This document shows positions 11,806 through 24,839 of a stretch of 64,000 bases of DNA, piece by piece. Under the pieces are notes generated by a model, which saw only the letters and a program-made list of their open reading frames with translations, had not been told where the DNA came from and ran no database searches. Source of the DNA: Chiloscyllium plagiosum. Its lineage: Eukaryota. How positions within the stretch are numbered: the first letter of the stretch is position 1; the number at the start of each line of letters is the position of its first letter. A program made the position numbers and the translations under genes. Location of the stretch: positions 8,965,787 through 9,029,786 of the forward strand of contig NC_057749.1 in NCBI RefSeq assembly GCF_004010195.1, read 5' to 3'.

Positions 11806-13228
11806 TGATTCCAGATTTTCAAAAAATTGAATTCAAATTCCACCATTAGCTGAGTTTCTGGATTAATAGTCTAACAATAATACCATTAGGCCATCACCTC
11901 CCCCTTAATATGGGTGCTGACTGTCGGGAGGATTTTCCTTCAAACACAAAGTGTCAGAGAGTCCCTGCCAGACAGTGACGTAATCTAATGTGTGTCTGGG
12001 ACATTGTGAGTCTGACTATGGCAGGCTGTTGCTTAGTCTGTGAGACAGCTCTCCCACTGCCTGTAAAACATGTTGAGATGTCCTGAAGTCATGATAAGAT
12101 GCTGTAAAAAGTGCAACTCTTCCAGTATCTCAAAGAGCTAGCACAGGTATGATGGGCTGAGTTAACTCCCTGTGTGCTGTTAGCTTGCAGATACTTTCTA
12201 ATTGAAGTGTTCAGTGATGTGACAACGCAGCTCTGGAGCAGGTGGGACTTGAAGCCAGTCTGTGCAATTTGATTGTAAAATTCTTAGAATGAGCACCTCA
12301 GGACAGGAACAGGAGAAAATTGTAAATTAAGAGAGGGGAGAAAAAACACAGGCTTGGTGAGTCATTTGCCACTGGCAGAGGTTTCTGGCATCAATTACTG
12401 CTCTGTGTTACACTAAAGCCTTTATAGCTCGCCCACAGTGAGCTGTCATCTTGTACACATTCATCACAATTCCATTGAACAATCAAGCACATTAATAGAC
12501 AGGAAATGGCTTGAACTGCCATGGAGACCACTGTGAATGACATCAATGCTTAAAGATCTTGCTGGGGAAGCATGTCATAAACTGATTGGAATTAATGAGC
12601 CCTTGTTACTGCATTAGCAGAGCAAGGGAGATTCACAGAGCGTTAGCCCTACTGCATCAGGGCTCTTGATTGAGCTGTCAATGTTCTATCCATTTGTTCG
12701 TTTCAACACATTACTGGGTTCAAATTCATTTCAATTACTTTGTAGCATGCTATGTTTGTCTGCGTCTTGCCTCTTGGCACTGTCCAAGCAGATAGCAAAA
12801 GTATTGGAAGTACAAAAGTATTGAAGGAGGAAGTCTTTTGAGCAATGATAATGTCTCAAGATGCAGACTGCAATAAACAGGTCAATACTTTGCATTCTGG
12901 TTCTATTCAGAAGCAAATCAATAAAGGGAAACTTCAGTAACTGATAGCATTAGCATCAACAGGTCTTTATTGATGTGTGTATATGTGTATGTGTATATGT
13001 GTGTGCTACTGTGATCCCAGCTCATTAATAGACCAGACAAGTCAGATCCCACAATATATTCCATTTAATATGATGGCCAGTCATTGAAACATCGTCACAC
13101 CAGGCTGCAGAAGCTCCTTTAACACCAGGACAGAAGCTCATTACATTTTTAAAAAAACAAAATTAAAACAAAAACAAGCTATCTAAATACAGAACACAAT
13201 TCAGAAAAAAAAAGAATATACTGAAGAA

Positions 13229-13314
13229 CCACCTGATGAAGGAGCAGCGCTCCAAAAGCTAGTGCTTCCAATTAAATCTGTTGGACTATAACCTGGTGTT
13301 GTGTGATTTTTAAC
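13229..13314 (+). mobile_element. PLE family B terminal fragment with hammerhead motif
   Basis: cac CTGATGA a ggagc-agc-gctcc aAAA gc TA gtg cttccaattaaatctgttggactataacctggtgttgtgtgatttttaac. Confidence 0.75.
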
Positions 13315-13489
13315 CGAAGATCAAAGGTTTCCATCTTTTCCGAAGACCATTAAGTTATAGGTATACTTATCCAGACGAAGTACATCACATCTCTCAATTC
13401 CTTAAGTTTTAAATTAACTTCCTCCTGGACGGGTTGGACCGGAGGGTCTGTTTCCATGCTGTACATCTCTATGACTCTATGACTCTATA

Positions 13490-13900
13490 ACTCTGGGTCT
13501 ATACTCAATGGAGTTCAGAAGGATGAGGGGGGATCTAATTGAAAATTACAATGGTCTGGACAGAGAGAGTGTTGGGAAGGTGTTTCCATTGGTAGGAGAG
13601 ACTAGGACCTGAGTAGAGTAAAAGGAACACCTTTTAGAATGGAGATAAGGAGAAACGATTTCAGCCAGAGACTGGTGACTCTATGGAATTCACAGCCACA
13701 GAAGGCTATGGAGGCCAGTTCACTGAGTATATTTAAGATGGAGATAGATAGGTTCTTGAGTATCAAGGGGATCAAGGGTTACGGGGAGAAAGTAGACGAA
13801 TAGGGTTGAAAAACTTATCAGCCATGATTGAATGGCAGAGAAGACTCAATGGGCTAATGGCCTAATTTCAGCTCCTATGTCTTATAGTCTTATGGTCTTA
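13490..13900 (+). mobile_element. CR1 LINE 3' fragment
   Basis: agaaggatgagggggg atctaattgaaa (RRMRGDLIE) through the tail gctcctatgtcttatagtcttatggtctta. Confidence 0.8.
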
Positions 13901-14485
13901 ATTTCTTAGCTATGGACTGTGGAGACAATTTAATGGGTCTTTTGCCATCAACTCTTCCACAAGTCTGAAAGCCTAAGCTTTCTCAGTTATAAATCACCTG
14001 CAGATTTTGAAACAAACTCTCCAGGTTTGGAGGTTTCACAAACTACCTTCTGTGGGGCTAACTATTTCCTGTATTGTATTACTTTTAACTGTCCTGCACT
14101 GTTGTAGGGAGAAAAAGCTTTGAACATCAGTCAGGTCACCCCCAAACTGCTCTAAACCTTACGATCTCTGGGTTTTCTAAACAAAAATCACTGATTATAT
14201 TGTACTTAAAGCAAGCACTGTCTTCTCTATCAGTCAGAAATCCCATAATATTTAAACTATATTTAATGGACATTTCAGGGATGTGCTATCACCTGACAAA
14301 CTTTGGATTCTGTTCTGATCCAGGGAGGAATCTCTTACATGTCATTTTTAAAGAAAATCCTTCATGTAGTCAAATATGCCACTATTTTGAAATTGAAATT
14401 CAGAAATTATATCAGTATGCGTGTAAATTATACAGCTTTCATCACATTTCCCTCCAAAGAATGGAAATTGGTGAATGAACAAGAG

Positions 14486-14545
14486 CCATTTCCATTTCCA
14501 TTTCCATTTCCATTTCCATTTCCATTTCCATTTCCATTTCCATTT
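14486..14545. repeat. (CCATTT)10 hexanucleotide microsatellite
   Basis: Ten perfect copies; produces the PFPFPF run in ORF 14303-14626. Confidence 0.97.
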
Positions 14546-14641
14546 CCCATCGAAAAGTTATTTTTAACACTTCTTTACATGCTGCGTCAGATCCAACCAG
14601 GGATCAGACTATTTTGGATCCAGTAGTGTGGCTTAATAAAC

Positions 14642-14960
14642 GATGATGTGGAGGTGCCAGTGTTGGACTGCGGTGGACAAAATTAAAAATCACATAACAC
14701 CAAGTTATAGTCCTACAGGTTTATTTGGAAGCACTAGCTTTCAGAGCGCTACTCCCTCATCAGGTAACTAGTGGGGCAGGATCATAAGGCACAGAATTTA
14801 GAGCAAAAAATTGCACGACAATGTAATCTTTTTCTATAAATTCTGTGTCTTATGATCCTGTACCACTGGTTACCTGATGAAGGAGCAGCGCTCTGAAAGC
14901 TCGTACATTACTTTCAGATAAACCTGTTGGACTGTAACCTGGTGTTGTGTGATTTTTAAT
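14642..14960. mobile_element. PLE family B inverted-repeat insertion with a hammerhead motif in each arm
   Basis: About 14682-14808 is the reverse complement of about 14828-14960. Motif tac CTGATGA aggagcagcgctct GAAA gc TC gta starts at 14871. Flanked by taataaacgat / taataaatgat. Confidence 0.8.
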
Positions 14961-15059
14961 GTAATAAATGATCTCAGAGTTAAGGATCCAAAAAGGTACA
15001 GTGACAATAACATAGCAGAATTTAGCAGTTAGTTTTTGAGCAGGAGAAACCTGGGTCAG

Positions 15060-16290
15060 AAACAACTATGTTAAACTTAAATAAGATGAATTACAAAAGA
15101 TTGAGGGTAAAAAAGGCTGGAGTGAATTGGGAAAGGACTTTAGCAGAAAAGACAGTAGAGGAACAATAACTATCTAAAATAGGAAAGAAGGACTCTGGGA
15201 AGACAATAAATGAATCATAGTTGAAGAGAGGTTGAGTAGGTTAGGTTTATTTTCACTAGAAAAAAGGAGTTTGAGGGGGTACCTGATTGAGGTTTACAAA
15301 ATCATGAAGGGTATAGACAGGGTGGATAGAGACAAGCTTTTTCCCAGGGTGAAGGATTCAACAACCAAAGGTCATGCTTTCAAGGTGAGAGGTGGAAAGT
15401 TCAAGGGGATACATGCGGCAAGTAATTCTCACAAAGGGTGGTGGGCGTTTGGAACACGTTGCCAGCAGAGGTGGTAGAGGCAGGCACAGTAGATTCATTT
15501 AAGATGCATCTGGACAGATGTATGAGTAGGTGGGGAGCAGAGGGATACAAATGCTTAGGAATTGACCAACAGGTTTAGACAGTACATTTGGATCGGCTCA
15601 GGCTTGAAGGGCTGAAGGGCCTGTTCCTGGGCTGTAAACTTGCTTTGTTCTTTGTTCTAGTTAACAAGGGAAATTAAGGATAATATCAAGTTAAAATAAA
15701 AAGGCATACAGTGGAGCAAAAATTAGTGGAAAACCCGGAGACTTGGGAAGTTTAAAAAAGGTGATTAAAAACATAACCAAGAAGGAGAAAATAAGCTATA
15801 AGGGTAAAATAGCAAGGAATGTAGAAACAAACAGAAAGTGCTTCTTTAAACTTCTACAAAGGGAGTGAGAGGCCAAAGTGAACATAAGCATCTTTGAGTT
15901 TGAGATTTAGGAATTAGTAAGGGGGAAACATGAACAGAAGTTGAATAAGATACAAAATAATCAAAGGGCTAACGTAGGAGGTGAAAAAACACTCGGGAAA
16001 TGAATTAGACTAAAGGCTGATAAGTCTCTTAGACATGATAGATTACATCTTAATATTTTAAAGAAAATAGCTGCAGAGATAATGCATGTACTGGTAGTAA
16101 TCTTTTGAGAATCCTTCATTGCTGGGAAAGGTTCCAGAGGACTGGAAAACAGCCAAAATACTCCCTTTATTTAGAAATGGAAGGAGACAGAAATCAGGTA
16201 AGTATAGGCCATTTAGCTTAGCATCCTTCATTAGGAAAATGTTGGAGACTATTATAAAAGGATGTTATGGCAGAGCATTTAGAAATATGC
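15060..16290 (+). mobile_element. Old CR1 ORF2 fragment (tether to pre-RT) with a younger CR1 3' end nested at about 15222-15660
   Basis: ORF 16119-16307 GKVPEDWKTAKILPLFRNGRRQKSGKYRPFSLAS (CR1 VPEDW...YRP.SL); ORF 15232-15477 LGLFSLEKRSLRGYLIEVYKIMKG. Confidence 0.85.
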
Positions 16291-18325
16291 ATTCATTTTT
16301 TTTCTGAAGAATAACTGACAGGTCATTTGTTTCACTTGCTTGTAGTAAAGCAGCACTCACACAGATGTTACTGAGATCGACAGCTAATTTGAATGAACCC
16401 TCATAGTTTGTTGGTGTTTGCACAGCTTTCACGTTATCAAGTGCATTCTAATTCTTAGGTTCATTCAAATTTTTTGCATTTATCTAATTGATCAAAGGAG
16501 CCATTACAGTGCTGAAATTATCAACAAGCCTCCAACAATAATCATGCATGATAACATTTGAAAAAAAATGTTTAAGTTTCGGCTTTAGGGTTGGGAACAA
16601 TTCCAGAACAGCCCTTACTTTCGCTGGTTGCAATTATTTCACCTTGTCCCACAATGTGGCCCAAAGGAGTCACTTTTTTTTTTGGAAAACACACTTATAA
16701 ACAAATTAGCTCCTTTTAACAAGTTTAGATGATGGAAAGGCTCTTATTAGGCTTGGTTGAACATAGCCAAGTAATTGATGTAAACCATGAAGTTATATAG
16801 TTCCTCGTTGACTTTAGTGATTACTGTTGCTGGTGCATTTTTCATTCCAAACAGCACAACTTTGCATCTAGTGTTACAAATACTGATACTACACTGGCTC
16901 TATCAGTCAATGAAACTTTCCAATATCCCTTCAACAAGTTAATTTTGGTGATCATGTCCACTTCGTTAAATTCAGTCCTCATCATGGAATACAATAATAC
17001 GTTTTTCCTGATTTTCTCACTCTGTATTTAGAACATAGAACAATACAGTGCAGAACAGTCCCTTCAGCCCTTGATGTTGTGCCAACCTATGAACCAATCA
17101 AAGCCCATCCCCCTACACTATCCCATCATCATCCATGTGCTTATCTAAGGACTGTTTAAATGTCCCTAATGTGGTTGAGTTAACTACTTTGGCAGACAAG
17201 GTATTTTTTGACTGTGTTGACTTTGCAATAATCATTACAGAATTTATTTGATTTCTGTACATTCATGATAGGTGAGCACCAGTAACTATGACTCAGTTTA
17301 ATAATTAAATTGTGCATCATAAACTTAATCTTATCCTTCACCTGAGCTAATCTCTCTGAATTGAGTTAGTAAGGATGTTGTTTTACAGGTAATGCATCCC
17401 TTACATTTGCATCATGAGCAGCCAAAGAAATTTCTCTGTGTCTACTCCCACTAATTGATTTATGAGTCTGTAAGAGTCTTAGTCACTTGTACAGGCATCT
17501 GGAAGATAAAATATCATATATTTTAAGCATCTCTATATTATCTAATCCAAATGCTGGAAGATCAGAAATTTAGTTTTCAATTTCCCCAATTATTCCCTAT
17601 TTAATTTCACTCCCTATCTTCTCCAGTTCCATAAATATGGTTTTCTCTTGGCATTATAATACATATGTGAATATATGCGTACATCTACCATATATATGTA
17701 GGCCTAGGTAGGTTTGATGGAAGATTAACAAAAACCTGGTACCTGTGAGATTTTCCTAGGTTCTACAACAATGTTATGACATAGGATGAAGGAAGAACAT
17801 GCATTTATATAGCACCTTTCAAGGCCAATTTTTTCCCCAAAGTATTATTGCAGCAGTTTTATAGAAAGTGTGGTACCCAATGTGTGCACAGCAAGTATCT
17901 ACAAACTTCAATCTGACTCATTGTTAAGATGAGCAGGAAGAGTTGGTGAATAGACAAAGTAAGACAGCAATCACAGTAAAAAAGATGTTCTAGTTTCCTT
18001 TTTGCAATACCATATTTTGGGCCAAGATTTACAGGCCCTTCTTTCAGATAAGGATCACAAATCAATATATGTAGAATCTACAGCACAGGAACAGACCATT
18101 CAGACCAACAGTTCCACGTCAGTATTTGTATTCCATACAAACCTCCCCTCAGCTTATGTCATCTCATTCCATTGACATTTTCTTCAAATCCATTTTCCCT
18201 CATATTCTTACCGAGCTTCTCCTTCAGACACCTATTTAATTTCCTCAACCACTCCTTCTAGTAGCAAATTCCAAATTCTAACCATTTTCTTAGCAAAGAA
18301 GTTTTTCCTGAATTTCTCACTCTGG

Positions 18326-18850
18326 ATTTAGAACATAGTACAATACAGTGCAGAACAGGCCCTTCGGTTCTTGATGTTGTGAACCAATCTAAGCCCATCC
18401 CCCTACACTATCCCATCATTGTGTGCTTATCCAAGGTCTGTTTAAATGCCCCTAATGTGCCTGACTTAACTATTTTGGCAGCCACGACATCCCACACCCT
18501 TACCATTCTCTGAGTAAAGAACCTGCCTCTGACATCTGTCTTAAATCTATCACCCCTCAAATTGCAGCTATGCCCCCTCATACAAGCCGACGTCATAATC
18601 CTAGGAAAAAGACTCTCACTGTCCACCCCATCTAATACTCTGATCATCTTGTATGTCTCTATTAATTCCCCTCATAGCCGTCTTCCCTCCAATAAGAACA
18701 GACTCAAGTCCCTCAGCCTTTCCTCATAAGACCTTCGCTCCAGACCAGGCAATATCCTGGTAAATCTTCTCTGCATCTTTTCCAATGCTTCCACACCCTT
18801 CCTGAAATGGGACGACAGAACTGTACACAATATTCCAAGTGAGGCCACGC
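18326..18850 (-). mobile_element. CR1 LINE 3' fragment
   Basis: ORF 18408-18647 ...RGHSCNLRGDRFKTDVRGRFFTQRMVRVW; tail (ttcta)n. Confidence 0.9.
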
Positions 18851-19049
18851 TAATTTATTTATCAGTGACTAACTTAAATTTGTGGTCCCTAAGTGCTAAC
18901 ATCTCTCGAGCTCAACCCTGTCAAACCCCTTCATAATTTTAATGTGGTCTACAGGATTACCCTTCATCATTCTCTTTCCTAAAGAAAAACATGCCCCAGA
19001 TATTTCATCTGCTCTGAATAGTTCAAAACATTTCAGTTCTAGCATTGTT

Positions 19050-19500
19050 CTGGTGGCTCAATGGTAAGTTCTGCTGCCTCACAGCACCAGGGATCCGGGT
19101 TCAATTCCACCCTTAGGTGACTGTTTGTGTGGAGTTTGCAAGTTCTCCCTGTGTCTGCGTGGGTATCTGCTGGTATGCCAGTTTCCTCCCACAGTCCAAA
19201 CTTGCTAAATTGCCCATAGTGTTCAGAGGTGTGTAGGTTAGGTGGATTAGCCATAGTCAAAAAGTATGATGCTGGAAAAACACAGCAGGTCAGGCAGCAT
19301 CCAAGGAGCAGGGGAATCAATGTTTTGGGCATAAGCTTTTCATCAGGAATGCGCCATGGGAATTAGAAATTTTCGGCTTAGCCATAGGAAATGTATGCTT
19401 ACAGGATAAAGGGAAGGGTCCAGGTGGGATGCTGTTCGGAGAGCTGGTGTGGGCTTGTTGGGCCGAATGGCCTGATTTCATGTATGGATTCTATTCTATG
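19050..19500 (+). mobile_element. HE1 SINE with a PLE family A fragment nested at about 19258-19352
   Basis: SINE is interrupted at ttagccatag, which recurs after the insert. Confidence 0.75.
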
Positions 19501-19724
19501 GAAAATAGGACGAAACTGAACTTGTCAAGACATATAAGTACAAATAGTTACATGTCTAAGACTGGGAATTCTGCAGTGAGTGACTCACCTCTTAATGGCC
19601 CAAAGCCTCTCCACCATCTATAAGGCACAAGTAAAGAGTGTGATGCAATACTTTCCACTTACCTGAATAAGTGTAACTCCAACAGCATTCTAAGAGCTCA
19701 ACACCATGCAAGACAAAGGAAGTC

Positions 19725-20450
19725 CTGAGAGTTGAAGTTGGAAATCCTTGCACACCAAGGTGTGAAAACGGTTGTATAAAGTCTCTGGGACCCGAGAGCG
19801 ACTTTACAGTGATATCAGAGAGCTGCTCTCCACTGGCCATAAATGGCATAGTGTGGGCGGAGTTAAACGTTTCTGTGAGATTGATTGAGAGAAGCCTATG
19901 AGATCATGCTCTTCCGATAATGTAAGATTACGTTAAGTTTTGAGAGTTTGGTGTATCTCAGATTAACATTATTTATGATCCATATGCAAGTTGTAAAGAA
20001 ACCTAAAGGTGAGGACACTTCTTAACTTCCCTTGTCCTTGACCATTCTGTCTTGAACACCCACTTGTGGATGTGAGCTTAAAACCACACAACAAAGCATG
20101 GTCAGGATCCACTGAAGAGAAAAATCTGGCAGTAGTGAGATTCAAAAACAAACCTGAAATCATTTGCAAATGAGAAGAACTCAAAACCATTTTCTCCAAA
20201 AACGAATCGTTGGTTCAGCTTTATGACTAGCCAGAAGAACCCCAAAGCTGAACAGCTCCTGAGAAGGGAACACTATGAACAGATAAAGCATGCAAGGAAA
20301 TAATAAAAGATAGCGTAAGTCAGAAAACGCTTTTGTTTAACAGCCAGTAATAGGGGAAGTAAATTTTTAAAGGTAAAGAAAAACAGTGGGAGCAGTAAAA
20401 CGTCCACCTGCAGGGAACAGGCACCCACAAAAAGAAGCAGATTACTAGAT
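19725..20450 (+). mobile_element. Possible LTR retrotransposon remnant (LTR, primer-binding site and degenerate leader)
   Basis: Truncates a LINE fragment. tggcagtagtgagattc at about 20127 resembles the complement of a tRNA-Leu 3' end (TGGCAGCGGTGGGATTC) after CpG decay; A-rich sequence follows. Confidence 0.3.
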
Positions 20451-20861
20451 ACTCAAAGCCGATTTAATTCTTTAGGGGAAAATGTTAAAAAAAACTTAGA
20501 CTGAAACAAAGTTAAGCCTTGCCATTTAGCAGTTTAGACAAATTACTTGATGGTAAATTTGTCAACAATTAAGTTAAGAAAATTCTTCAGAATCAGGTTT
20601 CAGGTACACTGGGTGGGGAAAAATTGCATAAGAAACATTTTTTTTGGAATTGCCTATTTCAAACCTCTAACTGTAACGTTAGTTAAGTCTTTAATATTTT
20701 GACTGTTTAGAATTCTGAATTCTGAAGAAACTATGATGGACTCAAGATATTATATCTGTTTCTGTCTCCACAGATGATGCTGGACCTGCTGAGTTTCTCC
20801 AGAAGTCTCTGTGCTTGTTCCTGATATCCAGCTTTGCAATATATTGTCCTTTATAATGACT

Positions 20862-21050
20862 TGTGTGCACGTGTAAACATGTTTGTGCATACATTTGTGG
20901 GCATATTTGTGTGCATGTGCATTTGTACAGGATTGAGCATGTATACTTGTAGATGCATGTGTGGACAAAGGTGTGTACTAGTATGTGTTGTTGAGTAGAT
21001 GTATATACACACACACACATATGTATATACATGCAAATGTATACATGCAG
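20862..21050. repeat. Degenerate alternating purine-pyrimidine (TG/TA/CA) low-complexity tract
   Basis: gtgtgcacgtgtaaacatgtttgtgcatac...atacacacacacacatatgtatatacatg. Confidence 0.8.
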
Positions 21051-21084
21051 GCTGGGGGGAAAGACTGGTCTATAGAACACATGT

Positions 21085-21410
21085 AGGGGCAGCATGGTGG
21101 CTCAGTAGTTAGCACTGCTGCCTCACAGCAGCAGGGACATGGGTTCAATTCCACCCTCAGGCGACTGTGTAGACTTTGCACATTCTCTCCTATTTCTGCA
21201 TGGGTTCCCTCTGAGTGCTCTAGTTACCTTCCATAGTCCAAAGATGTGCAGGTCAGGTGGATTAGCCATGCTAAATTGTCCACAGTATGCAGGGTGGGTG
21301 GGTTAGCCATGGGAATACAGGTGTAGGGTAGGTCTGGGGGGATGCTCTTCGGAGTGTGGGCCTGGCCTCAATGGGCCAAATGGCCTGCTCCACACTGTAG
21401 GGATTCTAGG
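21085..21410 (+). mobile_element. HE1 SINE
   Basis: Head, central domain and tail. Confidence 0.85.
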
Positions 21411-21984
21411 ACACAGCAAGTTAACCACTTCTCTCAATATCTGACAACAATGAGGTATCTGGTGGAATATGAGTTATGTGTGAAGAGGAAGGACAATTGG
21501 TCTATCTCGACTTCTTTACCCAACATACACCCTGCGGAGATTAAAATGAAAATCTGAATGTGCAGCGAAAGGAAAGATAAAGTTAGAATTCCAATTTCCA
21601 ATACAGCCCACTTTATATGAACTGTAATTCTAACACACCTCCTTTTCGAATGCTTTCATCCCTGTTTTGTATATCCATCATTTTCTATTTTATGCGCAGC
21701 CTCAGGCTACCTTTTTCTATAAAGAGTCCAAAGCCACCTGATTAAACAAACACCTCATGGACTAGCGTACCAAGCTGAAACCCTTTGTCGACAGCCTTCT
21801 GCAAAGAGGCAGGAGATAAAGGTGTGATTAATTGAGGTTAGAAAATTCATTCCTAGGAGGGATAAGTGAATGCGGTACTTTCTGGCCCCTACTTTTCCCA
21901 TCGGAGTGTTTCCTCTGAGCAAAGGAGAGAATGGGTCGGGGAGAGGGTGAATCATACTTTGCTGTTTATCTAAACCTCCCACAG

Positions 21985-22281
21985 GTTTCTCCAAATCCCT
22001 GCTGTAAAAAGCTACTGAATGAAAATCAATTGGACACAGTCAGGCCACAACACCATGGTGATCGGAGGCACTAGCTTCTTTTGAGTTTGCCTCTGATACA
22101 TCAAAGATATATTTACTCAGGGAAGCAGAGGTGGATGTCTCCATGGACTGGTTACCCCACCCCACCCAAGCATTCGCTGAAACTGCGACTTTTCCTTTTA
22201 CATTGCATCGACTCCTGCTCAATTGAAAGCTGGAAGATTGAAGTTCAGTTAACTGCAGCAGCTCCTTTGCACCAACGATGA
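21985..22281 (+). other. Candidate 5' exon ending in ATG-A (phase-1 donor)
   Basis: Repeat-free block; TATAAA at 21718; possible acceptor cctcccacag| at 21984; caacgATGA|gtaagt has a consensus intronic donor hexamer and A at -3. Confidence 0.45.
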
Positions 22282-22819
22282 GTAAGTACCTGAACTTAGA
22301 TTTCTGCTGGCATGTGCCTTAACTGAAACAGCTGAATTTTAAAATTCTGACAGATTTGTAATGACAGCTTGGGACCTACAACAAGCTAGAATTTCCATAA
22401 CTTATTTGAGTTTAAACACATGTTAGCTGCAGTTCATGTGTATAGGGACATCGCTTTCTGCAGTAGTGACTATGTGGAATGTATGCATAATTATTAACCG
22501 ATTTTGTGTCCTCCATAATAATCTATCTGCTGCTTCACAATATCTGTTGCAAAGTTCTGCATATTTAACTTTGCTTATTTGAGCAGAATTACAAGACTCA
22601 GTAAATTATGCATTATATTTCTAGTAATAGCTTTTAAGCCTGCATCTCATAGGTGACTGTTTTTTTCATAGAGGTGCAGTGTTTAACTCTTTCACTGACA
22701 TCCTTTTTTACTTAGGCATTGTATTTAACTCTTACACCCATTTGGCTTAGTTTTTTTTTTCTGTTGTCATTCAGCTTAACTTAAGGTGGAAATTTCCTGT
22801 TTGAACAAAGGCATTTGAC

Positions 22820-23310
22820 CTGCTACAGGATAGCTGTTGTGAAACTTGAAAGGGTTCAGAAAAGATTCACAAGAATGTTGCCAGGGTCAGAGGGTTTGAG
22901 CTATAGGGAGACACTGTATAGACTGGGGTGTCGGAGGCTGAGGGGTGACCTTATAGAGGTTTATAAAATCATGAGAGGCATGGCTAGGTTGAGTAGCCAA
23001 AGTCTTTTTTTCCCACCGTAGGAGGTCCAAAACTAGAGGGCATAGGTTAAGGTAATGGGGAAGGATTTAAAAGGGACCTGAGGGGTAACTTTTTCACACA
23101 GAGGGTGGTACGTGTCTGGAATGAGGAAGTGGTGGAGGCTGGTACAATTACAGCATTTAAAAGACTTGTGCATGGGTATATGAATAGTAAAGATTTGGAG
23201 GGATATGGGCCAACAAAGGCAAATGGGACTGGTTAAGTTTGGAATACTCGAACACCATGGACAAGTAGGACTGAAGGGTCTGTTTCCATGCTGCATGACT
23301 CTATGACTCC
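22820..23310 (+). mobile_element. HER1/CR1 LINE 3' fragment
   Basis: VVKLERVQKRFTRMLPG...RLRGDLIEVYKIMRG; tail gaagggtctgtttccatgctg...(atgactct)n. Confidence 0.9.
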
Positions 23311-23574
23311 ATGATTACCAGGTGCCAATTTCTGGACATTAAAAAAACGATATGCATTAAGAGTTGGAATAAATTTAACCATCAGCATTTGAAAGGAAAA
23401 TGTGGGTTTGAAGGGAGGAGGCTGATATCTCTGATGGTGAAAGGGAGGGACGTCGTGCTAAGTATCCATTATAAGCACGCAATCTCCAAAAGATCAATGG
23501 TATTTTCAGGAATGGCATTAAGAAACATGTAAAACTAATAATATGCCAATTTTAAAAATCATGTGTCTGGGTGG

Positions 23575-24265
23575 CTTGATACATGAATCATAATACCTTA
23601 ACATGCAGCAAGTGATCAGAAAGGAAACGAGAATGTTGGCATTTATTGCAAGGGGACTTGAGTGTAAACATAGGGAAGTGCTGCTACAGCAATCCAGAAC
23701 CTTGATGAGACCACATCTGAAATATTGTTTACAGTTTTGCTCTCGTTATTTAAGGAAGAATATAATTGCATTGGAAGCAATTTATACAGGGTTTATGCAA
23801 TTGTTTCCTGGAATTTAAGAGTTAATTTATGACCAGAGATTAAAGAGGTTGGGCTTATCGCTACTGGAGTTAGGAAGAATGAGAGATGTTCTGGCTGAAC
23901 CATAAAAGATGCTGAAGGGGGGTTGACAGGACAGATGTTGACAGGATGTTTCCATTTTGGGAGAATCTAGAACTAGAAGACATTGTTTAAAAATTCGGGT
24001 CTCCTATTTGAGACTGAGGTGACAAGAATTCCTTTCTCCAAGTCAGTAATCGGTGGATTTCACTTTCCCAGACAGAAGTCGAGTCTGGTTCATTGAGTTC
24101 CTTCATGGTGAAGGCAGGGTCAATCGAGCCAAAAGAGAATCAGATGGTTACTTGAAAAGGAGCAATGTGAAGGGTTACAGCAGGAAAGTGGCCCAAGGTG
24201 AGATGTTCATTCAGGTAGCCGGTTTAGACACGATGGGCTGAATGGATGTTGTCTGCTCTGTAACA
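23575..24265 (+). mobile_element. CR1 LINE 3' fragment, old
   Basis: ORF 23603-23818 RMLAFIARGLE...LMRPHLKYCLQFCS. Confidence 0.85.
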
Positions 24266-24839
24266 ATAGGCAGCCTGGTGGCTCAGTGGTTAGCACTGCT
24301 GCTTCATGGAACCTGGGTTCGATTCCAGCCTCATGTGACTGGCTGTGTGGAGTTTGCACATTCTCCCCGTATCTGCGTGAGTTTCCTCCGGGTGCTCTGG
24401 CTTCCTCTGCAGGAATCGGTGGATTGGCCACGGCAATTTTAGCCAGTCCAATTTTTATGTGTCCTAACCCAGTGTGACCACAGTGACCTGACTCCCCACA
24501 TTAAGATCACCAGCTATAGAAAAGTGAGAACCTCGCTTTACATTCACTTGGACTGTAGCAGATTACAATGTGGCATGGAACAATATAGCATAGAAAGATG
24601 TAATTCAGCCCATCATGTGCATCTGTGCCAGCTCTTTGAAAATGTTACCTTATTTATCCCACTCCCCTGCCCTCTCTCCACCAGTCTGCTGAGTTAACCT
24701 AATCCTTTTTCAAAAAAGTATTAATTCATGGATGTGTGCATGCCTGGCCAGGCCAGCATTTATTGCCCATCTCTAATTGTCCAGTGGGTAGTTAAGAGAC
24801 AAGCACATAGCTGTGGGTCCAGAGTCATATGAAGGTTTA

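Noticed and set aside
13010..14446. tgtgat...atcaca bounded segment as a solo LTR
   Set aside because: Termini are suggestive, but there is no TSD and the interior is broken by PLE and CR1 inserts; unsupported without a copy-number search.
14303..14626. ORF with a PFPFPF repeat
   Set aside because: Produced by the (CCATTT)10 microsatellite.
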